Under the pieces are notes generated by a model. That model worked only from the letters and a program-made list of their open reading frames with translations, was not told where the DNA came from and searched no databases. Below, piece after piece: positions 1-15,400 of a stretch of 64,000 nt of DNA (its first letter is position 1; each line of letters opens with the position of its first letter). The DNA is taken from NCBI GenBank assembly GCA_012295275.1, contig CM022671.1:496001-560000 (forward strand). The letters run 5' to 3'. Both the position numbers and the translations under genes were made by a program. Source of the stretch: Chrysomallon squamiferum (taxonomy: Eukaryota > Animalia > Mollusca).

Positions 1-28
1 CAATTAAAGTAACAACATCCAGTCTTAC

Positions 29-129
29 CCTCTTCCCTTGCAGCCAAGCCTCTCCTCCACATCTCGCTTGAGCAGGCCTTCCAGTAATCCCCTCATTTCT
101 GGAGACATGGAGTCCGGCAACTCAACATT
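29..129 (-). CDS. GRK2: GRK2-like exon (vertebrate exon 15 equivalent), kinase C-lobe
   Basis: cag|AAT...AGA GG|gtaag, 101 bp; [33 protein letters not shown](G). Confidence 0.96.
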
Positions 130-2287
130 CTGTGAAAAACAATAATTAAAACCTATAAATAAAGAGAACAATTCAGTGAAAAAAGCAAAAAAAAGGTTTT
201 TTAAAAAACAAATAATGAAAAAGTTCTTGGTTATTAAGGAAACTAGGTTGTGTGGGAAAATGAGTTAAAATGCAGGTCAAGCTGATCTGGACTAGATAAA
301 ACGTCACTGATGTTTGTTTTATTGCTGGATGAGGAACTGAATAAGTTTCTTTTCAGCCGAGTCAGATGGAACTTTCTTCATCACCCGTGCTCAAAGCATC
401 AAGCTTTCAGTAAATTATTTCCCTCTTCTAATAGCATCGCTTAAACATCAATATTTGTGACATGTTTTGAAGCAATCTGATTTCTCAATACAATCATTGT
501 GCATAAAAGGAAAAACAGAATTAGAAAAAAATAAAATAAAAGAAACTGATACAAAAACAAGACATTTTATTATCATTTTCTTTTTTTACGCCAGGCAACT
601 GATTGTGGTTTAAAAGAACAAATCTGAAAGCAATCCAATAATAATGAAGCCAGGGTGCGAATCATAAGGACGGCAATTTTGCTGGCTTTCTTGATTTCTT
701 GCAATCTGAAATGCAAATACAAGGATGTTGAAGATTGGAAAGAAAGGAAAACACTCATTTGAAAAATAATATGAGATTTTGTAAAATTATTAAGGATAGA
801 AATAATTACATAAACAGTAAGATGAAAATTAGCTGCTATGTTATGAGCTGTATTCTTCAAAGCAGAATTGCTGATTTTGTTGCCCAAAAAGATTTTCAGT
901 CAGATAACAGATAATTCAGACTGGAATTAAAACATCTTTTTATCAGCTTAAATAATCACTATAATATATGTGCAAAAATGAAATTAATCAAAACCGCTAT
1001 TATGAAATACTAGAAAAATCTAAATTCTGGTGTTTTGGGGAATTTATTTTTTCCTGTTTATTAAAAACTGAATGCTGTGACAGCTTCTTTGTTAACAAGA
1101 TAAAATAAAATAAAATTACCAGAAATAAACTACAACAAAATGAAGTATGGATGTGTTATTTACTATAAGAAAGGATTGCTGTGACAAAATATATAACAAA
1201 ACATATCTGATTATCAGAAACATTTTTTCTTTATATTTAATAAAAACTAGTAGTATTTGTGTGTGTTATTAATGTATAAATGTATGAATGCTTTTAAAAG
1301 CCTACAGAATATGTTATTTTACAGATGTGTTTACATTTAAGTAGTTTTCATGTGTATATACATATGTGTCTATCCTCTCTTTCTTTCTCACTCTTTTCTT
1401 CTTTCCTTCCCCCTTTCCTCTTACTTTCCCACATGTATGTGTGAGAAAGAAAGAAAAAGAAAACAGAGAGAAAGAGATAGAAACCAAAAGAATCTGTATA
1501 ATGCTAAACATTTTTTTATAAACAGCTAAAAGATGACAAATAAATGTGTGCTTTTGCTATTAATAGTATACATGTCTACTGTACTACTGTATGAATACTT
1601 TTGCTTATTTGATAAAGATCGATATATCATGTTTCCGTGTGGCTATCATGTAATTTTAAGTCTGCTTCTAGGTATAAAAGATATTTTTGCAAGAAAATTT
1701 AGAGTATCTAATAATGATCATGCATATGTGTTTATCCATTTATATGCATGCTTATGTAAGTGTATTTTCTCATCTAGACATTCTAGCTACAAATACAGTG
1801 CTATTAGCAGTGAGCTAATCTATTCTACTTATGTAACATGCTTCTACTCACAACAGGACTAAAGCATGCACAAGATACAAAGAGTTAACAATCTTCTAGA
1901 AAAAAATATTTATCACTGTATTATTTTTCTCAAATACCTAACAGTAATAATCCTAGAAGTTAGAATGAAAATGTATTGTTCATTAATGCTTTAATAAACT
2001 GTAGATATGACTGTCCACTGGCTTCACTAATATTGTAACTGGGATATAATGACATCTAAATTTAGCACAATTTTGTTTTGTACTTCAAGAGTGAAATATA
2101 AAAGATGAGTTGCCGTATTTTATGAAATATCAATATTACTTACCTTCTACATTTCAGAAGTCCAAATTATTTTATTAATCACCAAGAAAAAAGTCTCACT
2201 AACTTACAAGATATTATTAGACTATAATTCTAATTTTTATTATTATTTTTATTTTAATAATTTTTTTTTTATTTTTTTTTAAAATTT

Positions 2288-2318
<31 letters not shown>

Positions 2319-4753
2319 CAGTATATTATTTATACAACATTTATAAAGACATAAAACATGCACAAATGCACAGGCACAATAATAACATTTAAAACACATT
2401 TACTAAATTTATATCATGTAAACATCTAATGAAAAACTGATTTAAATTTCTCTCTGCATTATTCACTTCAAATAACTGCATATAATCACACGATAAAATA
2501 CTAGTTTAGGACTCTCTGATCAAATTAAATGAATTATTAAGAATATACATGCATTTATTGTAATCTAAATAACAGCTACATTATTTTTTAGACATGCATT
2601 TAGAGGATATCAAAAACTGTAAATAGTTATTAAATGTATTTTTTATTATAACTTATTTCAATTTTTTTTTAAAGCAATCTTAAACTTCAGGTCAAAAATA
2701 ATACATAAATCTGCCACATATAAGTCACCACATACCATGGACCACATGACTAACACACTATCTCCAAGCAAGAAGCGATGCCAAAGAAGTATATGTTCGG
2801 AACTTACAATACTTACCATCGTCATGGTCATGCGATCTATTTCATGTTTGTCTTTTGTTTTGTGCTGTCTGAATGGACTGTGCCTGAAAGAATTAACAAA
2901 ACATAAATAAATAAATTTTACAAATAAGATGCATTAAAATCAAAAAGATTTAAGTCAAGATTGCATTTATGTTGAATTTATTGTTTTATTTTTTAAAACA
3001 TTATTATTGTTATTATTTATTTATTTATTTATTTATTTATTATATGAACAAAAATGATTAAATTTTACCACTGAATGTCAAATAACTTGTCCTTCATATA
3101 AAAACACATTTTAATTCATTAATTTGGTGAAATTATTTCTGTTGTCAAGACACTAGTTACTGAACAAAAATGATTAAATATTTATAGTCTTTCAATCTGC
3201 TTATCAGCAAAGCAAAGTTTTCTTTGTAGAGGCAAAACCTAAATGATCAATGCACTTTTTTGGTCATTTGAATAAACACTATATTAAATTATTTGGTATT
3301 TACAGCTGATCAATATGTCTCTTTAAAAAGAAATTAGATGATTTTGGAAAAGGATAATGAGAAAAGAAAGAAAGAGAGAGAAAGGCTGAAAGAACAAAAT
3401 GGGAGTGGATAAAAAGTATAAAAGGTGACAGATGGAGAGAGAGAAGGTAAAGAAGGGAATGAAGATGTAACAGAGTTACAAGACAAAGAAAAGCATTACA
3501 CTGTGCTATTTTAGTAACATTAATGTCCAATCTGTACATCTCCTATCCCAGTGATATCACATTCAAATTAATTACAATGTACATTCTTAATTCAGCTACT
3601 ACTGCAAACAGACTGGGCAAACTTATAGCTGCAGTGCTAATTCATCTACACATGACAGTCTGTCTGTAAAGCTGTGATTCCATCGTCACTTTGTTTATTA
3701 CTTTGTCAAAGCCAACAACAAGAGTATAACTCTTGAAAAAACACTGATAACAAGACTTCACTGGATTTGCATTCCACAGTAAATCATATCAGAAATATCC
3801 AATATTTCATCAAGATCTGTAACCAAAGCAAAAATCAATATTTCTTCTGCCATTTTACAGTGTAAGTGTAAGAAGGTTGTAGCTAAGTGGTAACTGTGCT
3901 GGCCTGAGGCATTATGATTCATAGGATCGATCCTTGCTATGTCTACTGGGACTGGTTCATTACACATCTTTCCTGTCTATAAGAAGGTATTTAAATAAAA
4001 CATTTCTTGCTGGTTTCCTTTCCTATGTATCATTAAACACAATAATAACTGTGCAACAATCTAAACGTATGGAATCACTGTTTAGCAAAGATTATGCTTT
4101 TTTTTTTTTTACTTCGACTGTTTATTAATTAATGGAACCATCTTCACATTTTTTTTATTTTTTTTTTTTAAATGGTCTTTTTATACATATATAAATATAT
4201 TCCAGATGTATTTTCTTCCCCTTCTTACCACTGTAAAATCATTTTAATTAGTTCAGAGCCTCTTTTTAACTGAAGAATTATCAGTATTTTTATCCTTGTT
4301 ATGGCATTTATACTGTACATGAAATGAAACAAAACAAAGCAGATCTGTTTAATAAGCAATATGTTAATTAAATGTAGTATATTACCCTTTCAATAGTTTA
4401 TACAGCATACAACCGAATGAAAACCAGTCAGCACTTGAGTCGTAGGACTGGCCTTTGTGAAGCACCTCTGGGGCCATATATCCATGTGTTCCACTGAAAT
4501 ATAATTTTTTAATTTAATACAGTTTTAACAATAATCCATTAGAAAAATAATAGTAATCAAAACTATTTCATTTGTTTTTAAAGTATCTTATAAATATATT
4601 TATAATAATAATAATAATAATAATCAAAAAATACATTTTAATGTTCAATTTGTTGACATCAATGTTTTAACTTTTATAATGTAAGACTAATATATTTTAT
4701 TTTAAAACCCAAATTTTTTTATGCTAGAGAGTTATGCTAGCTGGTGTGTGTGT

Positions 4754-4848
<95 letters not shown>

Positions 4849-7146
4849 AATCAGATAATATAAAACTATATATTAAATATAATTTTTCTATATTAAAACA
4901 GGATAATTTCCATTATAAAATGGGTGAAGCTTTATCAAACAAGGTCTTCAATTGCCCAAGGATAAATTCTAAAATATACAGATATATGACAATCATTTAA
5001 CATATTTTTAACATCAATCAATATTTTAAGTTATTAACGCTCCAAATTTTGCATTAACCTTACCATGTTCCACATGATGATCAAAATGTACCAATGATTT
5101 ATAGCTGTATGTTATTAAGATATTTATCTATTATTTTATAAATGAATGCATACTGTCAATTTCAGTCAAACAATAAATATATTCATCTTTAAAAACTAAA
5201 AAGCATATTCAGAGATTTTCTGTACTAAATCTTCAAAATAAAGTTTACAAAAGTCAATGCTTTCATAAACAAGTTTCAATTTAAAGTTTTTAAAAAGATA
5301 ATACAATAAATCTGTTGTATACTTAGAAAAAATGGTAAATACTTTAAATAATGTAAACTTGATTAATGTTTTTTTTATTGTTCTTATAATTAGATTTTTT
5401 TTTTTTTTTTCAGATCTAATTTAAGTAAAGACATTTTTAATCTTTTCTAAGCTTTATTAAAGGGTCAGCTTTTAAGAAAAGTTTTTTACTTATGTTTTTT
5501 CTTTCTTAAGAATCTTCAGACTGCAGCTTAGCTAGTTTACTGTTTTTGTGTCATTTCTTTTCCTTTGTTTTTTAAAAAGATGTCAGATCAATTAATCTCT
5601 TTTGTACAATATCCCAGTAATTAATTAACAAAAAAATTAGATTTTTTAATGAAAAAATAAAAATAAATAAGATAACCAATTTCAAAGTCACTGACATGAC
5701 AACAGATAAATGATCAGTCATCTTCTTTATTTATTCTTAATTTTTATTTAAAAGCCTTTAAAAATTCTTATAGTGACTTTAACGTATACATGATGTATTG
5801 ACTAAAAGCATTACAGCCATCAACACAGTTACATCAAGTACTGTTTGCTGCATTCTGTCACCAGTAACAACTACTAGAAGACTTATATGTAAAAGCTGTC
5901 AGGCTGTTTTAGTACAGCATTCGATTAAACGTCATTGTCCCAGTTTATATTTATATACACACATTTCTTTAAGCCTTGCTTTCACATTGAAGCCACGTAT
6001 TCAGGCAAACTGCACTGTACACAATTTGCATAAGTCAATAAGAAAATTCCGGTTGATGCCATTACTCAGCACCAGTACACACTTTATTGTTTATCTATGA
6101 CTGTTTGTGTTGATTTTAAGTTAATTCAGTATTATCCTTTAACACCTTTCACTATGTCACAGTGATATTCAATACAGACCACATTAGCTGATCCTCATGA
6201 CATAAGGTATGCTACAGTATGTCCTGTCATAATTTCTATCAAAATATAAAGGTTTCTGAGTTCATCAAGTTCAAATCAGTTTCTGGGTGAGTGAAGTGAA
6301 AACCCTGAGAGAACTATATTTTACTCACACACTAGCATGCGGTTTTTTCTTAGAGAAGTCACAAGCCAAGCCCAAATCCGAAATTCTAACATGGCCGTTC
6401 TCATCCAAGAGAATATTGGCTGGCTGAAATATAAAAAAAATATAAACATAAAAACTCATTTTATGAGAAACTAACTTATAAAGTTTAGGCAAAACAATAA
6501 TTCAAAAATGTATAATTATTTTTCTTTATTTTTTTTTTTCATCTAGACCAAATAAAAGCTCCATCAATTTATGTCACAAACTGTTTCCTTCTTACTATCG
6601 CTGTACATTTACAAACTTTATTGAATTAATTATCTTAAATAACTGCTCTTAAGTGTTTTCACTGATGGTGCATTAAAACAGTTAACAGCAGTCAATACCA
6701 TTAAGGATTTTCTTCAGAGACAGAAAGCTTACAGAGAAGAATCCCATATTCAGTAAGCCAGAATTTTCACCATTACAGTTTGAGACAAATGTTAAAAAAG
6801 CTAACGCTGTCATTGACGATGCTCACCTTCAGATCCCTGTAAACAACGAAGCGGCTGTGCATGTGCTCGAGACCCAGGATGACCTCCGTGGCGTAGAAGC
6901 GGACTTCCTTCTCCGTGAAGACTCCGTGCTGGGACAGATGGTAGTGCAGGTCACCTCCGTTCATCAGGTCAAGGATGAAGCACAGCTTCTCAGGGGTTTG
7001 AAATGCATATGTCATACACACAATGAATGGGCTCCCCTCCTGAAATCATAAGTAAATAAAAGAAAATAATTGTTTGAATTTTTTTTAAAAATTAAAATGA
7101 ATAATAATTGAAATGGTATTAATAATAATATAATAATAATAATAAT

Positions 7147-7204
<58 letters not shown>

Positions 7205-9310
7205 AATAAATAATAATTAATTAATAAAAATAATGTTGAAACATATATATAATAAATAAAAAAAATTGTCATTAAAAAGAAGTATTACTGAGAAACTTCA
7301 TCAAATGAGTTTATTAACATTAACTTTTGGATAATCTCATGATCATTACACTGCTTCTGCTGTGTTTTCTACAGACTATGCAGAAATGTTGTCAGGTTTT
7401 CAAAAAGCAGGTTAATGGAGAAATGTAAACTTGATTTACACATTTAAACATCACATGAAGACAGATTCCAATTTCTGAAATCTCTCTTCCCCAAAATGTC
7501 TTATGGCTTTGGCTTAATGAAAGCTGTAACCTTCAAGTGATGGAGAAATTCATCACTACACGCTTGACTGATCAAAATCATTGATCTAGCAGTGATCACG
7601 GAGACACTACAATGATTAGAATATTCATCCAGCTAACAAAGTGACAAGAAGATGTGTGAAAACCTCTCTGCTGGCCCAGACTGAAACATCAACAGTTATT
7701 AATCTGTTCCATCCAGCAACAGCATAAAGTCCATGTATTCTAACTCAGCTTTTAGCAGTTACCCATACAGATGTCTGGCTCCTGGGAGAGTGTGCATTAA
7801 ACAGAATGCTGGCAGATTTCCATTTATTATAGATAATAAAAAAATAATAAATTAATCATTTTAAAAAAAAAGATGAAAATTAACCACCTAATGCTTCTGT
7901 TTCTCCATTTTCATTTATTACTTGTAGCTTATAACCTTGTCTTACCTGTCAGAATTCTAACAATGTTAATACATTATAATTACACTTTGAGGTTTTTCCA
8001 GGATGTACTTTATATAATATGAATTTTTCATACATTAATACTTTACAATGGATTTTTATTTAGAGCCTATCAAAATTCTTAACAAATTAATATGTTATGA
8101 CTAACCTTAGAGATTTGTCCCAGCTATACTTTATATGTCTTTCAACATTTTCAACATTTTAAAATATTGTTATCCAGTTTTTTTGTTTGTTTTTTTCCAG
8201 TAATATATTTTATAAATGTATCTGTCACAATCTTTAACATATTATGTCTGATAAGTCAGAATTAACAATTAAGACTAACTGTCTGTGATGTATGTCTGCC
8301 AGATTCTCTTTTTCACATATTAATATCTTATGAATAATCTTTGATCCACATCATGATGTACTTCATATACTTGTCTATCAAAATAATTAACAAATCAATA
8401 CTTTGATAATGTATTTTGTACATCTGTCTGTTAGAATTTTTAACATTATAAATGTGACTAGCTTTGATATTTGTTCATGATCTACTTAATATACGAGTAT
8501 GACAGAAATTTTAAAGATTAAATAATATTCAGAATGACTGTCTTCTGACTTTTGTCCATAGTGACAGACTTTTCAAACATTACTACATCGTGAATAATCT
8601 CTTGCTTTCATCCATGCAGTATTTTTCAGATGAGGCCTGATACAACAAAACTAACTACCAACTCAGCGTGAAGATTTCACAATAAATTCATTATTAGGTT
8701 TCAAAGCACAAAGTCCTCATACATAACTTTTGTCAGCTAAAGGCATCAATTTGCTTGTTGTGTGGCTATTCCATCATTCTGGTTGCTAAGGAAATGAGAA
8801 AGGATGTCTGAAAATTGGCAACCATTATTTTAATTGCCATTTTCTCAAGACAAACAGAACTTGGTTCAGCTGACTTCAAACCATGGTATCTTACAGACGA
8901 TATACCATAGCGCAACAATTTTAATGTCAGTCTAAAACTTTTATCTTCTGCTCTCTAACTAAAGAAAAATATTAGAAATCTTGATAAACCAGATGATTTG
9001 TTAAGAAGAGGACAGAGAAAATGGAAGATGTGCTGACCTCAGTTCAGACATGACTGATGTGTTTGAACTGCTTGGATACAATGCATGTTAATGATCTTCA
9101 CCTTGTCTTGCCAATAATGAATTTCTACAGTAAAGTCAGTTTTGTAATTTTCAAAAAATTTCCTAAAGCAAATAAGGTTTAAGGACTTTATTATAGATTT
9201 TCTTGTAATTCCTAAGGGATTTTTTTTAATGCTTTTTAACATCTTATATTTAAAAATGTGTTAATGAATGAAAAAAAAGAAGAATGGCAGAAAACAAAAT
9301 CAATAGGTTG

Positions 9311-9342
<32 letters not shown>

Positions 9343-9361
9343 TCATTATTTATTTATTTTA

Positions 9362-9430
<69 letters not shown>

Positions 9431-12400
9431 CTTTGTTTTGTTGTTTTTTTTCTTGTATTTTCTGGACTTCCTGGGATGGTGCTGTCCAAATCTCACTGGT
9501 CATTTCTGGAGGCTATCTAATTAACAAATGTATCATTGGTTGAAACAGTCTAGACTCAAAGCACATTGTATCAGAGTCAGCTCTGCCAACTTATTAATAA
9601 ATTCCTCAAGCAGGCCTGAATTGCTGGTAAGATGAATTCCATTTTCTGTTCCATTTAAAACAAAATGAGAAACATCTACTACACCATCCAGTGATCAATA
9701 AGAAAATGTATGGGTCTAGCACAAGTATCTGAAGTTTCTTATCATAGTGTTTTAGGGAAGGAACTGCATGTATTTTATTTTTTGTTTTATGTTTTCACCA
9801 CAGAATAATATATAATATAAATAAATGTAAAAGTAAATTAGTATGTTAAAAGATAGAAGTCTCCTGATTATCTGTAACATAAACCTACAAATCAGCTGTA
9901 AGTATTTTGTAATTCCTAGTGATAAACATTTATGACATAACTACAAATACAAAGACATGTTGGACAATTAGCTTTGAAATTTAAATTGGGAAGGGGAATT
10001 CAAATTATTTATTTATTTATTTATTACTGTTTTAATAATTTCACATCACATGCATGCACGCACACGCACACACACACACACGGTTTTCTTTTTCATTTCT
10101 CCATTATTTCCTTTTTCATTAATTGAATGATTTTAAATTTTTTTAAATTTATTTTTATTTTAAATTTAGTGCGAACATAATCATAAATTATTTTCAAACT
10201 ATAACATATATTTATTAACTGTGCACATTTAAAATTGGCTATTTAAATTAATTTTTCATTTAGACTTCAGGGAATGCTGTAATTACTTCACTCTCTATTA
10301 TTATTATATCAGTGACCTTTAAAATTTTCCAAAAAGCTGGACTGACTTATTATTCAGATGTTTAAACATATAATTTATGGGCTTGGCAAGACTGTCTGAT
10401 TAATTAAAGAAAGACATATGAAAGTAAAGGAATAGGAGAAGTGACTGTAAGAACAAGACAGAAGAAAAAATAATGTGCAAGATAGACAAAGAGCAAAAAC
10501 TGCAATGTCAAAAATAAAAGGACTAAAACAAAACAATTAAGAAATAATTGATCTTCACTTTTCAATATTTTGCAGACCTACCAATATGCATTAAATGGAA
10601 ATTTGTGAAGATCAAAATCCTATCTACATAACTGTCTTTCCCACAATTCCTCCCAAGGACAGAAAATTCCTCATTTGGGATTAAGAAGAACCATTATAAT
10701 ATAAAGTATGATTAAAAAGCATAGACTAATTGCAGATTAGAAATAAATATATTAGTTAAAAAGAAAAAAAAATCACTCAATTATTTCAAGACTCCCTTTA
10801 ACAAAAAAAATTTAACATTACATTTACAAATTATCATTGTTTATATTTTTTGAACACTCACAAATCCATTAAATTAATTAATTTCCATCAAGCAAGTTTG
10901 TAAACGTGTTGGCAAAGAATTCTAAAATTTATTCTATTATTCATGTTGTTATTATTTATTTTTCTAGGTCCATAGACATTTCTTAATAGTTAAACAGAGA
11001 TCAAATACAGTGTGACAATACACACATCTTTCTTTACAGTTCTACAGCTGTCAAATACAGTGTGACAATACACACATCTTTCTTTACAGTTCTACAGCTG
11101 TCAAATACAGTGTGACAATACACACATCTTTCTTTACAGTTCTACAGCTGTCAAATACAGTGTGACAATACATCTTTCTTTACAGTTCTACAGTGTCAAA
11201 TACAGCTGTCAAAGTTCTACAGTGTGACAATACATCTTTCTTTACAGTTCTACAGCTGTCAAATACAGTGTGACAATACATCTTTCTTTACAGTTCTACA
11301 GCTGTCAAATACAGTGTGACAATACACACATCTTTCTTTACAGTTCTACAGCTGTCAAATACAGTGTGACAATACACAATCTTTCTTTACAGTTCTACAG
11401 CTGTCAAATATAGTGTGACAATACACAAATCTTTCTTTACAGTTCTACATCTGTCAAATACAGTGTGACAATACACAAATCATTTTTCTGCAGTTCTACA
11501 TCAGCCAAATATAATGTGACAATGAACACCCTAATTGTACTACAGTTGCCTGTTGGTCACAATACAAACTCTGTATAGTTCTACAGCAGCAAGATTCAAT
11601 GTAATTAGGGGGCAAAAATGTGTTGCTGTGATTGATAGCTGATGGTACAGAATATACCTGAGGCTCTAACATGTTTTGTGTTTTAGACTTGTAGTTAATG
11701 CTCAGCATTTGTCACCTGAAACAATTCATGAAGTGTCAATTACTGGAAGATCACCTGCAGGAAGTGTTAGCACATTCAGAGATCTGGGCTTAATGAAGAC
11801 ATGGAATGATACATGCACAAAATCTGAGAAATTCTAGCTCAAACCGCTGATGGTGTTATTCTGTTCATATTAATATTCAGATGACAATTCTACAACACAG
11901 TTCAATACTGTTAATGTCAATAATACATTTTTTGCTGGCATAGTTTTGTGACTTATGAAATCGTTATTATTTTATTAGCAGGCAATGGAAATGTATAATT
12001 ATTATCAAGTTTTAGATTTTCAATGTGATGTTTGTAATTTTTGCAACAAAAACCAAAAACATTTGTGGTACATACTAACTTTTAATTTTAGAACTTTACT
12101 TACAATAACATATATGTATTATACACATGCACATGAACACACATACATTTGCACATGCACAAAAACAAACACATTTATACATATATGGTGTTATATATTT
12201 ATATTTATAAGATAAATAATTACACAAATATAGTTTTTGCCTCAGTTTTCTTAGAAAGAAGTTTATTATTTCCATTAATCATTTAACAGTCTGTTTATAT
12301 ATCTTTGTCTCTTTTACTTTTTCTCAAGCAAACACTGGTAAATGTCATATATGTGTACTATTTTGATGGTCAAGCTGACAAAATGAAAATAGTTTTTTCA

Positions 12401-15400
12401 TAAATCATGTTTACTGAAGGTAATGGGTGTAACAGTATACAGCTGCCAAGGGAAATAATATTACTACAAAACAAATTTGTCAATTTTCTGTTTGTTTCAA
12501 CAACAACAACAAAAAATATTAAATAAATAAAAACTGAAAGAAAATTATGTCAGGCTAATAAAAATAAAAAAATAAAAATAAAAAAATATAAAAATATTAA
12601 ATAAATATATAAATAAGGTATTGTCTATATGGTGTAAAAACATGAATCAACTTTCAAAAGACTGTTAGGAATAAAATTGTGTGTTCTATGATTTTTTTCT
12701 CCCTTTTATTAACTATTAAATTCTTAAAATGATCAATATTTAAAAATGTAAATAAACTGATAATCATGAACAATAAACAATTTTTTAAATATATAAATTA
12801 GCTTTTAAAACGTATCAGCAAACTCACATCCTTCAAATAATTAATTCTGTAATCCATAATTAATCATTATTCCTTTACACAGAAACAATTACAGTGAACA
12901 AGAGAAACATTCACTTGATACTTCTAAACTGAAATAATCAATTGTAACAAGATAGTTAATGCATCATTAAAAATAATAAAAATGTCATTTGCTTGAGGAT
13001 ACAGAAATTTTGCAGATCAGCAGACCATGATTAGCAAGCTAGCTATTATAATTTGTAGCATCATGACTAGTAATGAAGTTAATCAGATCTGTTTATCAAA
13101 GAATTATCAAGTATTAGATGTTTAAAAAAAACTAAACCACCTTAGAAGAAGCTTAACACCATAAACAAGGCATATGACAAAGGCTAATTATACTTCAACT
13201 TTGTGACTACCTAAGGTATGTCCATTTAGGTACAATGTCTTTTTCACTCTGTCTCATAAATGTTTTTAAGAGTTATTATAAGCCACTAAACTTAAAAAAA
13301 ATTAACCGTACTTTACAACATTAGCAGTCTAACTGAGTGATATCCCAAACCAGCTGAAGCAAAGCAATCAACATTCTACCTACAAACATGTGTTATGTTA
13401 ATAACTATTAAAATATTCAAAATTATTCACAAATTTTTTGCACCCATCCTTCTAATCTTTTATTTGTCCATCTATTCTGCAAGCCATTCTTTCAACATCT
13501 CCAAAGCCTTCAGTGACATAAACAAAATTACCAAAATATCGGACAGTATGGAACAGAATTATTTCCCTCTATCATACAACAAATTGCTAGACAAAAAGGT
13601 CATCATATTTTGATTAGGGACCTGACAACACAAGCTGTGTGCCAATGACATCCATTTAGTCTAACCACCAAGTATTGATTTCACATGAGCTTCGCTGCTA
13701 CATGTGCAAGTTAAATTCTTATTAAAGTTAACCAATAGTCTGGTGTGTGTATACACAGGACACAGGTCACATAGGTATGGTGCTTTGGGAAAGCCATGAT
13801 GTTGTGTTAATTACTCCTGGTAACAGAGACAAACCCACTTGCAGACAAGCTCTGAGGTAATTTCTAAATAATGGCTTTCTGGTGAATGCAGCCTGGTATT
13901 GGGATTGAGAATATTTTAATGTTCTGATCAGAAAATCCTTTGTGTAGGATATCTGGATTGCTTGACTTGACATATAAGCATGTTACAAAGAAAGGAAAAG
14001 CTTGGAAGCAATAAGGGATGGTCAGCGAGATATATGAGCAGGAATCAGAACTGCTACATTGCAAGTCCAGTTCCACAATACAAATCCAGTTTCAAAATGC
14101 AACCCCAGATGCAATGTGAAAACAATGGTCCAGGATACAACCCCATTATAAATACAATTTGAGTCACATGCAATAAAGCTAAGATGAAAACCTTGTATCA
14201 GGATGGAATCCTAGCATGAGAATGTGTCTTGACTATTAGAACACAGATACATCACAAGGAAGCAATCCCAAATCAGGATCAGGATTCAATCTTAATGCAT
14301 AATTTTAAATCCAATTTATCATGTTCCTTCACTGTCCAAACAGCAGCAAATCTATTTGTTACTTAGAAACAGCTAACTAATCCTTACAAAGGTCTAAGAA
14401 GTTCAGCTTTATTTCAAGATGATAAATTAACAGAACACATTATAAATAAAAATTATTGATTTATTTATATATTCAGTTATAAGCTATCCAATTCTTTGTT
14501 GCAACTGCTAATGCTGTGAAGATTGTTGAACTATTTTTACCAAAAAATTGTTGTCATTTACTATTTTATTAAAATTTATTAACACATTTTATCTATCTAT
14601 TTTTCAGAATTAGAATTTATTTATTTATATTTATTTTAGCCTCTTATTCTCAACAGTCAAATACATTTTTATTTTTTACTTATTTTTATTTTTTTGGGTG
14701 GGCTGTATATGTATAATCTTGGATGTGAATGCAAGTGAATAATCATGTGTTTAAGTGTGCAAACATGCGTGCAAAATCAAATTAGACTGAGCTTCAAACA
14801 CAAAGCTGTTCTGTCATTCCTTCATTCTCCTTCAGCTGTAAACATATCAATAACAACACACAACTTGCTCTGTCATTTCTGGATGAGTGAAGTAGGGAAA
14901 AAAAAAACAATTTCTGACTGGCTTGTAATCCATTTTAACTCCAGCATGCTGATGTTTTCAAAAGCAAATTTCATCCAATGGATTTGACAGTGACAAGTAA
15001 CATTTTTAGTGATGAGATTGCTTCTGCCATCATTCCTGTGGGAAGAGGAATCTGTAACCCAGTGCAGTGTGTTAACAACTACACAAAAATCACATTAAGG
15101 CTTTATACTCATTTGAGGTGCTGAGTTCAAAGTTGCATTTCCTTACAGAAATGAATCCTGTGGATATTCTGACAAACCAACAACATTAGCTAATGATTAT
15201 TTCTAGGACATAATTCAACAGATCTTTCTCTCTGCACCCACCTTCCCCAATATATATATATCTTTTCTCTCTTTTTTCTCTCTTTCTGTCATACAAAAAC
15301 AAAATTATTTAAATTGTAGTTCTGAAATCCAAATGAATATTATGACAGTTTCATATGATTATATAAAAATATTGTATGCCAACAAACAGACATCATTTAA

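Noticed and set aside
3872-3945. Functional tRNA gene
   Set aside because: A- and B-box-like motifs are present, but there are no convincing acceptor or anticodon stems; a SINE head explains it better
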